DNA of 55,142 nt from a virus (Duplodnaviria; Caudoviricetes): positions 1 through 55,142 of the IMG/VR virus record IMGVR_UViG_3300020436_000015; one strand, given 5' to 3'. Under the pieces are notes generated by a model that saw nothing but the letters and a program-made list of their open reading frames with translations, was not told where the DNA came from and did not search any database. Within the stretch, counting starts at the first letter, position 1; the number at the start of each line of letters is the position of its first letter. Below, in pieces: positions 28,017 through 36,684 of the stretch. The position numbers were made by a program, and so were the translations under genes.

Positions 28017-28050
28017 AACCCCGCAGGCTCACGCCTGCGGGGTTTTTTTT
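28017..28050 (+). terminator. Intrinsic terminator
   Basis: AACCCCGCAGGC-TCAC-GCCTGCGGGGTT stem followed by a T8 tract. Confidence 0.85.
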
Positions 28051-28078
28051 GGCCTGTCGTTTTCTGGAGGCACACACC

Positions 28079-28282
28079 ATGCAGGCACACAAGTACGGCA
28101 ACAGCACAGCAAGCTACTCCTGTGCGGAAGCGCGAGTACAGCGCAAGCACATGAGGGAACAGCGAGAACAGGGCGATCACGCCTACAAGTCGTTCTCGTG
28201 CAAGCACGCACAACGCCAGACGAACAAAGCGGTACGGCGTCACGCGAAGACACACATCCGAGACGAACTGCTCTCGTGGTGA
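28079..28282 (+). CDS. Early hypothetical basic protein, 67 aa
   Basis: GGAGG RBS and ATG at 28079. Confidence 0.7.
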   Translation: MQAHKYGNSTASYSCAEARVQRKHMREQREQGDHAYKSFSCKHAQRQTNKAVRRHAKTHIRDELLSW

Positions 28283-28293
28283 CATCACACACA

Positions 28294-28326
28294 CCCTCAC
28301 GGGCTACGCTCGTGGGGGTTTTTTTT
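28294..28326 (+). terminator. Intrinsic terminator
   Basis: CCCTCACGGGC-TAC-GCTCGTGGGGG stem followed by a T8 tract. Confidence 0.8.
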
Positions 28327-28356
28327 CGCCCCAAGTTTTCTAACGGAGACACACAC

Positions 28357-28494
28357 ATGAACGCAAGAGTCAGACAAGCTCAGCGCAGATCACGCGAGCG
28401 CATGGAACTCGCCATCGTCGTAGCCACGGAGGTCATGTTCTACGCGCTACCCATAGGCATCGCCGCCTTCATCCTGTTCCAGTTCACACGCTAG
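28357..28494 (+). CDS. Early small membrane protein, 45 aa
   Basis: GGAG RBS and ATG at 28357; basic N-terminus then a hydrophobic helix. Confidence 0.65.
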   Translation: MNARVRQAQRRSRERMELAIVVATEVMFYALPIGIAAFILFQFTR

Positions 28495-28504
28495 GAGGCA
28501 ACAC

Positions 28505-28840
28505 ATGGAAAGACAACACTACGTCGTGTTCATGGTCGTCGCCTGCTACCACAAGCAAGCTGGGTCAGACGGCGAGCGGGACTACCTGTTACCCGTCAAG
28601 GCTCCAGACGGGCAGATGACCTACTTCACGCTTGAGCACGCTTACGAATGGATCGAGCGCATGGTGGAACGACTTGCTCCACCACCGACAGGACTCATGG
28701 GCAGGGAGTACTACGACACAGGAGTGCCTGTGTACGTGGGCGACATGACGACCGAGGAGGTGTCAGACATGGCCCAGAGATTGTGGGGCGTCAGACCTGC
28801 TGACCTCGCACGCTTGGCCGAGCACTGGCCAGAGGAGTAG
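28505..28840 (+). CDS. Early hypothetical protein, 111 aa
   Basis: AGGAGG RBS, co-oriented ORF. Confidence 0.75.
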   Translation: MERQHYVVFMVVACYHKQAGSDGERDYLLPVKAPDGQMTYFTLEHAYEWIERMVERLAPPPTGLMGREYYDTGVPVYVGDMTTEEVSDMAQRLWGVRPADLARLAEHWPEE

Positions 28841-28915
28841 AGCATAGCCAGTTGGGCATCCTCAAGGGTGTCCCTCTGGGTGGGCTTTTCCACCTAACCA
28901 AGAGGAGTACGTCAC

Positions 28916-29254
28916 ATGACATACGATGGATATGAAGCAGAGAAAAAGCTCGTAGGACACATAGGCGTAGACGCCGGACTGTGTTGGCTCGGAGACCCTT
29001 GCTACATCTTGCCCGAAGACAGGGACGAGAACGTGGGCAAGGATTGGATGTCGTTCGTTAACGAGATAGGCAACGACCACTGGAAGGAGTTCCGCTACAA
29101 CGCGGGACACAAGGGCGTTGGCTGTGTCGTGTCTACGGGGTACGGGGACGGTATGTATCCGGTATTTGTTACGCTCAATGACGAGGGTCGTGTCGCCAAG
29201 GTCGAGGTAGTATTCGTGGAGGAAGACGACGACGAGGAGTTTGACTTCGCATGA
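28916..29254 (+). CDS. DUF4241-like acidic protein, 112 aa
   Basis: IGVDAGLCWLGDPCY and STGYGDGMYPV motifs; GAGGAG RBS. Confidence 0.75.
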   Translation: MTYDGYEAEKKLVGHIGVDAGLCWLGDPCYILPEDRDENVGKDWMSFVNEIGNDHWKEFRYNAGHKGVGCVVSTGYGDGMYPVFVTLNDEGRVAKVEVVFVEEDDDEEFDFA

Positions 29255-29427
29255 GAGATCAAAAGCAACGCGAGTTCGACAACGCAGTATGGGCAGACGA
29301 GAAGCCTGTCTACCTACCAACATGGTTCGCGTACACGGTAGCTGTGCTGGGCGCTATTGGCCTAGTGGCTACCGTGGCTGGAATCGTAGCACTCACGCTG
29401 ACCCTGTTCTTCCCGACCTGCTACTGA
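29251..29427 (+). CDS. Early small membrane protein, 58 aa (not in ORF track)
   Basis: ATGA overlap; MRDQKQREFDNAVWADEKPVYLPTWFAYTVAVLGAIGLVATVAGIVALTLTLFFPTCY. Confidence 0.65.
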   Translation: MRDQKQREFDNAVWADEKPVYLPTWFAYTVAVLGAIGLVATVAGIVALTLTLFFPTCY

Positions 29428-29535
29428 TACACGGGCGCAGGCGCGGGCGAAGTACTAAGGTACTTTTTCGCCGCTGAGCCGATGGTCTTCGGCTTGGCTT
29501 CCCCTTTCCCTCATTGCGTTATGCACGGCAGGCTC

Positions 29536-29565
29536 TTGTCTGCTGTGTATAACGTGTTATACACT
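29536..29565 (+). promoter_or_regulatory. Sigma70-like promoter with palindromic operator upstream of the cobS-like gene
   Basis: TTGTCT-N18-TACACT with a perfect inverted repeat GTGTATAAC-GT-GTTATACAC at 29545-29564. Confidence 0.7.
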
Positions 29566-29588
29566 CCAACAACACCACAGGAGGTTTT

Positions 29589-31619
29589 ATGTCACACACT
29601 CTGGATCAACTGCTCGTGGAAGCATTCAACGAGCAGAAGAAGGTGTCCGCACTCAAGGACATCTTCGCAGAGGTAAATGCAAGCCGCAGGCGTAGCAAGC
29701 TGAAGGCACACGTTGCCGACACGCTGATGCGAGCCAGCGATCCCGCGATAGCCAACGAGGTTATCGCAATCACAGGCCAAGACACGGTAAACAAAAGCAT
29801 CGCAATGATGCCCAAAGACATACTCGTGCCGCTTGTCCTGTACGCACCAACGGCAGGCATGTACTACGCCGATGTCGCGCTCAGCGACACAATCCCCCGT
29901 GCTCGTTATGTCGGCAAGGACGGCACGCTCAAGGGCCATGGCAAGCTGTTACAGGCAAACCAATACGGCTACTTGCCCGAGACCGCAAACGAGATCGAGG
30001 ATGCCATCATCGCCAAGTTACAGGCGACAACCACACCCACCAACACACCCACCAACACACCCACCACTAAGGAGACGCCTATGTCTACTGTTTACACAGC
30101 CGCCGCTTGGCTCGACACCGTGTTCTGCATCGTATACGAACGTGAGGAATGGCTACGCGGTGAAGGATATGGAGACATCATCGGAGTGCCAGAGCTACGT
30201 TCTGTCCACAAGGCAAAAGAGTTGCTCGTCCACTTCCTGACAACAAACACCCCGAATGACGCGCTGTTCAAGGCCAACGTCGATCAGCTTGACTCCGCGA
30301 TCGGCCAGATCGACCTCGACCTGTGGTCTCCGACAGAAGCGGATGAACTTACACACAGGGACTTCGACCACGAGTTGCATGACACACTAATACGTCACCT
30401 CATGGACAACACCCCCGCGTCTGGCGCTAACCCACCCCCGATCTTCAAGATGCCAGATGACGCCATGACGCAGGCCATCAATTCCTTGCTTGCCTCGTCC
30501 GGCACTCCCCACACGCTTCAAGGCATACGCAAGGAGCTTGTTGCCGCTATCGGTCGTGTGCAGGAGCTTGAGTCCGCGCCACCCGCTGTCTCTGCGATCA
30601 ACGTGCAGGTTGGCGGAGACACCAAGATGTCTTCGGCTACCGCCGAGTTGCCCGACGGCGAGTTCAAGGTCGAGCCTGTCTCCAAGCGGTTCGACATACC
30701 TTCCCATGTATCCGCGTTCGACTTCAGCGTGCCTACCTTCACATGGGAATCACCCCACCCTCACGTACCAGAAATCAACCCCGACTACATCTTTGACCCG
30801 AGCAACCTGTTGCGCGTGCTGTACTCGCTTGTCTGCAACACACGGTGCTGGCTCCACGGCCACACGGGTACAGGCAAGTCCACCATGATCGAGCAAGTCT
30901 GCGCACGTCTTGGCTACCCGCTTCGTCGTGTGAACTTCGACTCTGAGATCACACGTCTCGACCTGATCGGTCGTGACGTACTGACACAGGAGAACGGAAC
31001 CACTGTCTCCAGATTCGAGGACGGCATCCTGCCCCAAGCCATGCAGGAGCCATGCGTGTTGCTGTGTGACGAGATGGACTTTGTGCGTCCTGACGTTGCC
31101 TACGTGGCCCAGCGTGTGCTGGAGGCTGACGGTGGCCTGATGCTCACGGAGGATGCTGGCCGCGTGGTCAACCCGCACGCCTTGTTCCGCATCTTTGCGA
31201 CAGCCAACACGAAGGGTCAGGGCGACGAGTTCGGCATGTACTCCGGTGCTCGCGTTCAGTCGATGGCGTTCCTTGAGCGATTCACCTCATGGATCAAGGT
31301 CGATTACATGCCCAGCGAGGATCGCGCCAAGCTCATGCTAGCCAAGGTGGGTGGTGGCCTGACAGACACCGTGCTCAATACGATCAACCAGTATGTCACT
31401 GAGCACATCGAGGCGTTCACTGGTTCGCAGGTCATGCAACCCATCAGTCCGCGTGGTTATCTGGAGCTTGCCTCCGCGACATCGTTCCTGCGCGGCTCGT
31501 ACCAGAGCGAAGAACAAGCCTTACGTGAGGCTTTCGGCATGGTCATCCTTGACCGCGCCACAGAGCAAGACAAAGTTGTACTCGAAGGCATCGCCCAGCG
31601 TGTCTTTGGCAACGCCTAA
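29589..31619 (+). CDS. cobS: CobS-like/MoxR-family AAA+ ATPase with long N-terminal extension, 676 aa
   Basis: Walker A GHTGTGKS, RRVNFDSEITRLDLIG, Walker B LLCDEMD, FATANTKGQGD and AFLERF. AGGAGG RBS. Confidence 0.85.
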   Translation: MSHTLDQLLVEAFNEQKKVSALKDIFAEVNASRRRSKLKAHVADTLMRASDPAIANEVIAITGQDTVNKSIAMMPKDILVPLVLYAPTAGMYYADVALSDTIPRARYVGKDGTLKGHGKLLQANQYGYLPETANEIEDAIIAKLQATTTPTNTPTNTPTTKETPMSTVYTAAAWLDTVFCIVYEREEWLRGEGYGDIIGVPELRSVHKAKELLVHFLTTNTPNDALFKANVDQLDSAIGQIDLDLWSPTEADELTHRDFDHELHDTLIRHLMDNTPASGANPPPIFKMPDDAMTQAINSLLASSGTPHTLQGIRKELVAAIGRVQELESAPPAVSAINVQVGGDTKMSSATAELPDGEFKVEPVSKRFDIPSHVSAFDFSVPTFTWESPHPHVPEINPDYIFDPSNLLRVLYSLVCNTRCWLHGHTGTGKSTMIEQVCARLGYPLRRVNFDSEITRLDLIGRDVLTQENGTTVSRFEDGILPQAMQEPCVLLCDEMDFVRPDVAYVAQRVLEADGGLMLTEDAGRVVNPHALFRIFATANTKGQGDEFGMYSGARVQSMAFLERFTSWIKVDYMPSEDRAKLMLAKVGGGLTDTVLNTINQYVTEHIEAFTGSQVMQPISPRGYLELASATSFLRGSYQSEEQALREAFGMVILDRATEQDKVVLEGIAQRVFGNA

Positions 31620-31645
31620 CACACACACAACAAGAGGAATCACCT

Positions 31646-33673
31646 ATGAACATACGCAAGTATACGACCGGCCAAGCCGTCAAGGAGATCAAAGGCACGA
31701 GTGCTGTCTTTGGCCGCAAGCATGACATCAGTGTTGAGTTCGGCGGAGAGATCGCCTACACGGATGGAACGAAAATCCACTATCCCGCAGTGCCAGAGGG
31801 GACTACGTTCACCCCCAAGGAAATGGCGGTACTGCGCGGCTTCACAGACCACGAGACAGGTCACATCGTCTACTCAGACTTTTCAATCATCCCCACCATC
31901 AAGCGGTACATGACCCGCAACAACAAGCCCATCACCATGCAAGTGACCAACGCGCTCGAAGATATGCGCATCGAGCATAGGCGCATGCAGGACTACGCGG
32001 GGGCCAGAGCAAACCTATCTGCTTTGGGTGACCAAACGAATGGCCAGTTCCTTGAGGCCATGAAGGAGCGCGATATGTCTGCCGAGTGCTACAACCCGCT
32101 GTGGGTTGGGCCTGTCGCGGCCACATGGATTGGGCGTGAGTCGTATGCCCACTCGTCTACTGAGTGCATCAGCCTGTTGGACGATGTTCTGCGTGACACC
32201 ATCAAGCCTTACATACCACGCGCTCTCCAAGCGGACTCTACGAAAGCTGTGTTCGAGTTGGCCAAGGAGCTTGAGGACAAGCTCATCAAGCTGTACGAGG
32301 AGCGCAAAGCAGAGGAGCCAGAGCCACCGAAGCCGCCCAAGGGAGACGACGAGGACGAAGACGGTGACGGAGAGGGCCAAGGGCCAGAGCATGAGCGGGA
32401 GGACGAGCCAGAAGGCGAGAGCGAAGGCGATGGCAACTGCGATGGCGAGAGTGAAGACACAGAAGAGGGGGACGACGGCGATGAGGAGGATTCGAGTCAA
32501 GGCGACGGCGAAGATGAGGGCGAAGACGACGGAGATGGGGAGGATTCTGAAGACGGCGACGGCACGGGTGAAGGCGAAGACGGACGTGAGGACGGCGGCT
32601 CCGACGAGGATCGAGAGGTCGAGTCGGGTCGCCCCCAGTGGACAGAGGAAGCCTACAGCCCAGAGGTCAACAACTCTGTCACAACGCTGATACAGAAAGA
32701 CGAGAATGAGGTGGCGGGTCACGGACGAACCTACAAGCTCGGGCAGAACCTTGAGGAGAAGGTCTACCACTGGGATGACACGAACAGATGGATATACGAG
32801 AAGTACTGGCCAGCGCATCCTCATGTGTATCAATCGTGTATCACGAAGACAGCAGGCACAACGGCTGTCATACGCCAGCGTCTCAGTCGGGCAATCATGG
32901 CGCAAGACAGGCGTGGCTATGAGACAGGGCTTGAGCAGGGCAGGCTTGATACACGCAAGTTGCCATCCGTCATGTCCGGCAGAACCAACGTGTTCAAGCG
33001 CGTAGACAACAGACACGATGTGAACACCAGCGTGATGTTGCTTGTGGATATGTCCGGCTCCATGGGCGGACGCAAGATTGAGTTGGCACAGCAGTGCGTC
33101 ATCTCGATACTCGAATCGCTTGAGCCAACCGGAGTCGAGACAGCGGTGATGGGCTTCACTACTGGTATGCGCACCTATCAGTATGCGAGAGGCGAGAAGA
33201 CACGCGCCGTGATCGAACAGAAGGAAAGCATCCTGTGCGAGAACACAGACCTGCTTGTCTTCAAGCGTTTCACTGACCGCCTTGCTCGTACTCGCAACAG
33301 CGTTGCGGCCATGGAGGAGATCGTTACCAACTGGGGCGGTCACAACAATGACAACCACGCGCTCAATGTTGCGGGTGACATGCTGTTGCCGCGCCCGACC
33401 AACCGCAAAATACTCATCACTCTGTCTGATGGCTACGCCAATGCCAAAGGCGTCGATTGGTATGTGTTGCGTAACGCATGCCACGACACTGTTGGCGTGC
33501 TGGAGTCCTCTGGCATAGAGACAGTGGGCATCGGCATCAAAGACGATGCAGTGAGTTACATCTATCCCAACTACGTTGTCGTGCGCCAACTGAGTGATCT
33601 TGCAGGCGAGGCCATGGACAAGCTGTCTCAACTGTTGCTGGGCTTGAAGATCACAGACATCAAGGTTGCGTGA
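31646..33673 (+). CDS. cobT: CobT-like vWA protein with N-terminal HExxH domain and acidic linker, 675 aa
   Basis: DHETGH and NALEDMRIE; D/E/G-rich linker; GRLDTRKL; MIDAS motif LLVDMSGSM and TLSDG. Confidence 0.85.
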   Translation: MNIRKYTTGQAVKEIKGTSAVFGRKHDISVEFGGEIAYTDGTKIHYPAVPEGTTFTPKEMAVLRGFTDHETGHIVYSDFSIIPTIKRYMTRNNKPITMQVTNALEDMRIEHRRMQDYAGARANLSALGDQTNGQFLEAMKERDMSAECYNPLWVGPVAATWIGRESYAHSSTECISLLDDVLRDTIKPYIPRALQADSTKAVFELAKELEDKLIKLYEERKAEEPEPPKPPKGDDEDEDGDGEGQGPEHEREDEPEGESEGDGNCDGESEDTEEGDDGDEEDSSQGDGEDEGEDDGDGEDSEDGDGTGEGEDGREDGGSDEDREVESGRPQWTEEAYSPEVNNSVTTLIQKDENEVAGHGRTYKLGQNLEEKVYHWDDTNRWIYEKYWPAHPHVYQSCITKTAGTTAVIRQRLSRAIMAQDRRGYETGLEQGRLDTRKLPSVMSGRTNVFKRVDNRHDVNTSVMLLVDMSGSMGGRKIELAQQCVISILESLEPTGVETAVMGFTTGMRTYQYARGEKTRAVIEQKESILCENTDLLVFKRFTDRLARTRNSVAAMEEIVTNWGGHNNDNHALNVAGDMLLPRPTNRKILITLSDGYANAKGVDWYVLRNACHDTVGVLESSGIETVGIGIKDDAVSYIYPNYVVVRQLSDLAGEAMDKLSQLLLGLKITDIKVA

Positions 33674-33851
33674 TCGTAAGCCGACCGGAGTCACAGTCAG
33701 AAAGGAATGGATGCACTGGCATCCCAAGCGGATGTACCAGTGGTCTTTCTGGATCGAGGTCGGCCACAAGGTGAAAGAACGTGGCGTGCGTCACAAGGAT
33801 CGTGGGCGCGTCATGAAAATCGTAGAAGAAACAGAAAAGCAATGGAGGTGA
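33666..33851 (+). CDS. Hypothetical protein, 61 aa
   Basis: Fills the gap and overlaps the cobT stop; TTG start is uncertain. Confidence 0.4.
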   Translation: MRDRKPTGVTVRKEWMHWHPKRMYQWSFWIEVGHKVKERGVRHKDRGRVMKIVEETEKQWR

Positions 33852-33853
33852 AC

Positions 33854-34339
33854 ATGAACATATTTCACACGAACGAAAACCCAATGCGTGCGGCTCGTGA
33901 CCAGTGCGACAAGCACATCAACAAGATGCTACTCGAAGACTGTCAGATGTTGTCTACCGCGCACTGGCTGAACGGTGCAGAGGATGTTCCTTACAAGCCA
34001 GCGTATGCCAAGCACCCGTGTACTGTGTGGGTTGCGGATCATGCCAAGCATTACGATTGGGTTCTGCGTCACGCTATCGAGACGCTTGCCGAGGTAGGCA
34101 GGCGGTTCGGAAACCATGCACACAAGTGTTCTGGGCCGTTGCTCTGGCTCAGCATGCACAAGCCACCCAACATCGAGGAATGCCCAACTGCTGTGTACGA
34201 CCAGCCGCAGTGCATGCCCGATGTCTACAAGGTAGACGGCGATCCCGTCACTGCGTACCGCAACTTCTATCGTGCGGAGAAAGCGTACTTCGCCAAGTGG
34301 GAGCGTGGTCGTGAAGCTCCATCATGGTGGACAGCATGA
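33854..34339 (+). CDS. Pyrimidine dimer DNA glycosylase (DenV-like) family protein, 161 aa
   Basis: GGAGG RBS; MNIF...CDKHINKMLLEDCQMLSTAH, HPCTVW, PQCMPD and AYRNFY motifs. Confidence 0.8.
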   Translation: MNIFHTNENPMRAARDQCDKHINKMLLEDCQMLSTAHWLNGAEDVPYKPAYAKHPCTVWVADHAKHYDWVLRHAIETLAEVGRRFGNHAHKCSGPLLWLSMHKPPNIEECPTAVYDQPQCMPDVYKVDGDPVTAYRNFYRAEKAYFAKWERGREAPSWWTA

Positions 34340-34611
34340 GTCGTAAGCAAGAGTGGTGGGCGTGGCACAAGAAGAATCCCCACGTCTATCAACTGTTCGA
34401 GCGGTTCACGATGGAGGCAATCAGTAAGGGCCACACGCGACTCAGTGCGTGGCTCGTTGTAAATCGAATCCGATGGGAGACCACTGTTGAGACGAGCGGC
34501 AGTGACTTCAAAATCAGCAATGATTACATCGCCTATTACGCTCGTCTTTTCCATGCGTGGAATCCAGAGTACGACGGGTTCTTCGTGACTAAGAAGATGA
34601 AAGGAGAGTGA
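34336..34611 (+). CDS. Conserved-looking phage hypothetical protein, 91 aa
   Basis: ATGA overlap; HKKNPHVYQLF...RIRWE...FKISNDYIAYYARLF. Confidence 0.75.
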   Translation: MSRKQEWWAWHKKNPHVYQLFERFTMEAISKGHTRLSAWLVVNRIRWETTVETSGSDFKISNDYIAYYARLFHAWNPEYDGFFVTKKMKGE

Positions 34612-34612
34612 C

Positions 34613-35077
34613 ATGGACACCATGGTTAGCAAGCTAGTGAAAGTCATCAAGGGGCTTTCGGATGTACAAGTAGAAGAGTTGCGTGGCGGTCTCGGGTGGG
34701 ACATACCAACCCACATACCCAAGGCCAAGCGTAGTGGTTACAAGCCTCGCAAGTCCAACAGGGATTGGTGGATTCGCGTGGTTGACCAGTGGGTTGCGTC
34801 AGAGAAGGGCATCAAGTGCTTCGGGGGCGGCAAGCCATGCTGGATAGACAAAGACAACACGGGCGAACTGAACGGGCAGGTCGTCATCATCGCCAACAAG
34901 CGCGACAAAGAGAACCCGATGTATGCCGTCTGCCAGCACAGGGTTGGGTCTGCCACTGATCTTGGCGGAATACACTTCCACAACTTCGAGATGTTGTTTC
35001 ACGGAACCAAGTTCTCCGAGTTGAGCGAGTGGATGGTTGCCAACAAGAGCCATGTCAGCTTCGAGGTGAAGTCATGA
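34613..35077 (+). CDS. Hypothetical protein, 154 aa
   Basis: AAGGAG RBS, operon position. Confidence 0.75.
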   Translation: MDTMVSKLVKVIKGLSDVQVEELRGGLGWDIPTHIPKAKRSGYKPRKSNRDWWIRVVDQWVASEKGIKCFGGGKPCWIDKDNTGELNGQVVIIANKRDKENPMYAVCQHRVGSATDLGGIHFHNFEMLFHGTKFSELSEWMVANKSHVSFEVKS

Positions 35078-36069
35078 AGCGGCCAGACGCAAGCATCATC
35101 AGACGCGCCCTCAAAAGAGGGCGCTTGGTTGTGGGAGACACGACCAAACTAGGTGAGGCTATCAAGCTGGGTCTCGATCTTCCGCTCATGTCTTTCACGG
35201 GCAAGGACTTCAAAGACACAGACACCTTCGCCTTCTCAGATTCCCACCCGGAAACCGCACTCAACGAGCCTGTCTTTGACGAATGGGTTATCCACTACGA
35301 GCAGGACATGACGCTTGAGGTCAGAAGCCGTGGCCGTAGCTTCTGGAACTCCAAACACGCAGACAGACAGGAACATGTCAACGCAGAGGTCTGGACTTGC
35401 TTCCTCGATCCCATGCACCCGTTTCTCAAGACGCTGGAGAACTACCCACAAACGATTGATGAGCACATCGCAGGATTTGCCAGATCACACAACGGGGTAG
35501 TGATACCGGAGACGATCAAGTTTGCGACCATGATCCTTGAATACAAGGGCGAGCCTCTGACATACATCTGGCAGGGTTGGACAGCGATGACCGGAGACAG
35601 ACACATTGTCGCCATGAACACAGAAGGCGCAGAGTCGGCTTGGGGGAATCAGATAGACGGGCTTACGCAGTGGGCTATGAACACCACGATTCACTGCTTT
35701 GGTATCTGGTCTTACTGCAAGTACGGAGACAAGCACATGGTTGAGGTTGTGCCTGCCAACCCGAAGTCCAAGCAAGCCAAGCGCAGTGCGGTCAACAGGT
35801 CGCGCCCATGGAACACCGCCGCAGGGCCGCACATCTTGTTCTTGGACAGGATGCCGACGACCCAATCCGGCGGAGCCACGGGGACAGGGACTAGCCCCAA
35901 GCCGCACCGTAGACGTGGACACTGGAAGACGTTGCGACATCCCAAGTACAGGCATCACCCGCAGTACCAAAAGCAGATATACGTGAAGCCAAGTTTTGTG
36001 GGGCCAAGGCAAGTAACTTACGAAGGGAATATCTACAGGCTCGTTGAGCCACTGGAGGATGAAGTATGA
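35074..36069 (+). CDS. Hypothetical protein with C-terminal HxRRGHW motif, 331 aa
   Basis: GAGGT RBS and ATGA overlap at 35074; SPKPHRRRGHWKTL...IYVKPSFVG. Confidence 0.75.
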   Translation: MKRPDASIIRRALKRGRLVVGDTTKLGEAIKLGLDLPLMSFTGKDFKDTDTFAFSDSHPETALNEPVFDEWVIHYEQDMTLEVRSRGRSFWNSKHADRQEHVNAEVWTCFLDPMHPFLKTLENYPQTIDEHIAGFARSHNGVVIPETIKFATMILEYKGEPLTYIWQGWTAMTGDRHIVAMNTEGAESAWGNQIDGLTQWAMNTTIHCFGIWSYCKYGDKHMVEVVPANPKSKQAKRSAVNRSRPWNTAAGPHILFLDRMPTTQSGGATGTGTSPKPHRRRGHWKTLRHPKYRHHPQYQKQIYVKPSFVGPRQVTYEGNIYRLVEPLEDEV

Positions 36070-36236
36070 AATTTGAAGTTACAGTAGAGCATAGCTACTA
36101 CACGACCTATCTAGTTGAGGCTGACTCAGCAGAGGAAGCCGCAAAAGATTGGGAGTTCGGTGAGGCGCAAGGCGATCCGGTTCTTGGAATCTCCCCTGCG
36201 CTAGTTGTCAACGTCATTGAGGAGAGTGAAGTATGA
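36066..36236 (+). CDS. Small acidic protein, 56 aa (not in ORF track)
   Basis: GGAGG RBS and ATGA coupling on both sides; MKFEVTVEHSYYTTYLVEADSAEEAAK. Confidence 0.7.
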   Translation: MKFEVTVEHSYYTTYLVEADSAEEAAKDWEFGEAQGDPVLGISPALVVNVIEESEV

Positions 36237-36505
36237 GCGAAAGACAGGTTTACCAAGTAACCAGAATGTACAGCGTGGCAGAGATACACTTTGTCTTAGC
36301 TGAGTCTGAAGAAGACGCCAACGCGAGATTTGATGCTGGCTGTGGCGAGAAGTACAAGGAGTATGATGGCGACTACGAAGGCCCGAACCTGACTGAAGAG
36401 TGGGGTACGCTGGAGGACTTTAGCTGTCACATGGGTTCTGATTGGGAAGACGATTTGATTGAGTCATGGGGGAACTATTCATGCAAACGAAAGCGACGTG
36501 CGTGA
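36233..36505 (+). CDS. Small acidic protein, 90 aa
   Basis: GAGGAG RBS; VLAESEEDA motif similar to the preceding gene. Confidence 0.7.
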   Translation: MSERQVYQVTRMYSVAEIHFVLAESEEDANARFDAGCGEKYKEYDGDYEGPNLTEEWGTLEDFSCHMGSDWEDDLIESWGNYSCKRKRRA

Positions 36506-36684
36506 TCTGTGGCGGCACAGATGAGATGGGAGAGAACGGTCTTGGGAACAACCCGTACCCCGTGAGTGACGAGGGCAGATGTTGTGACCTGTGCAACACC
36601 TTGTACGTGATACCGCAGAGGATGGAGGACTTGCTCAACAAGCGGATCGCAGAAAAAACCCCCACGCCTTCCGGCGCGGGGTAA
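36481..36684 (+). CDS. Small Zn-finger protein, 67 aa
   Basis: CVICG...GNNPYPV...GRCCDLCN...VIPQR. Confidence 0.7.
   Translation: MQTKATCVICGGTDEMGENGLGNNPYPVSDEGRCCDLCNTLYVIPQRMEDLLNKRIAEKTPTPSGAG

Noticed and set aside
27304-28300. Minus-strand ORFs 27304..28107 and 27569..28300
   Set aside because: Stop-poor GC-rich DNA opposite plus-strand genes that have clear RBSs and terminators.
32015-33769. 584-aa minus-strand ORF
   Set aside because: Antisense shadow of the cobT-like gene. Its hydrophobic run is the reverse complement of the acidic linker.
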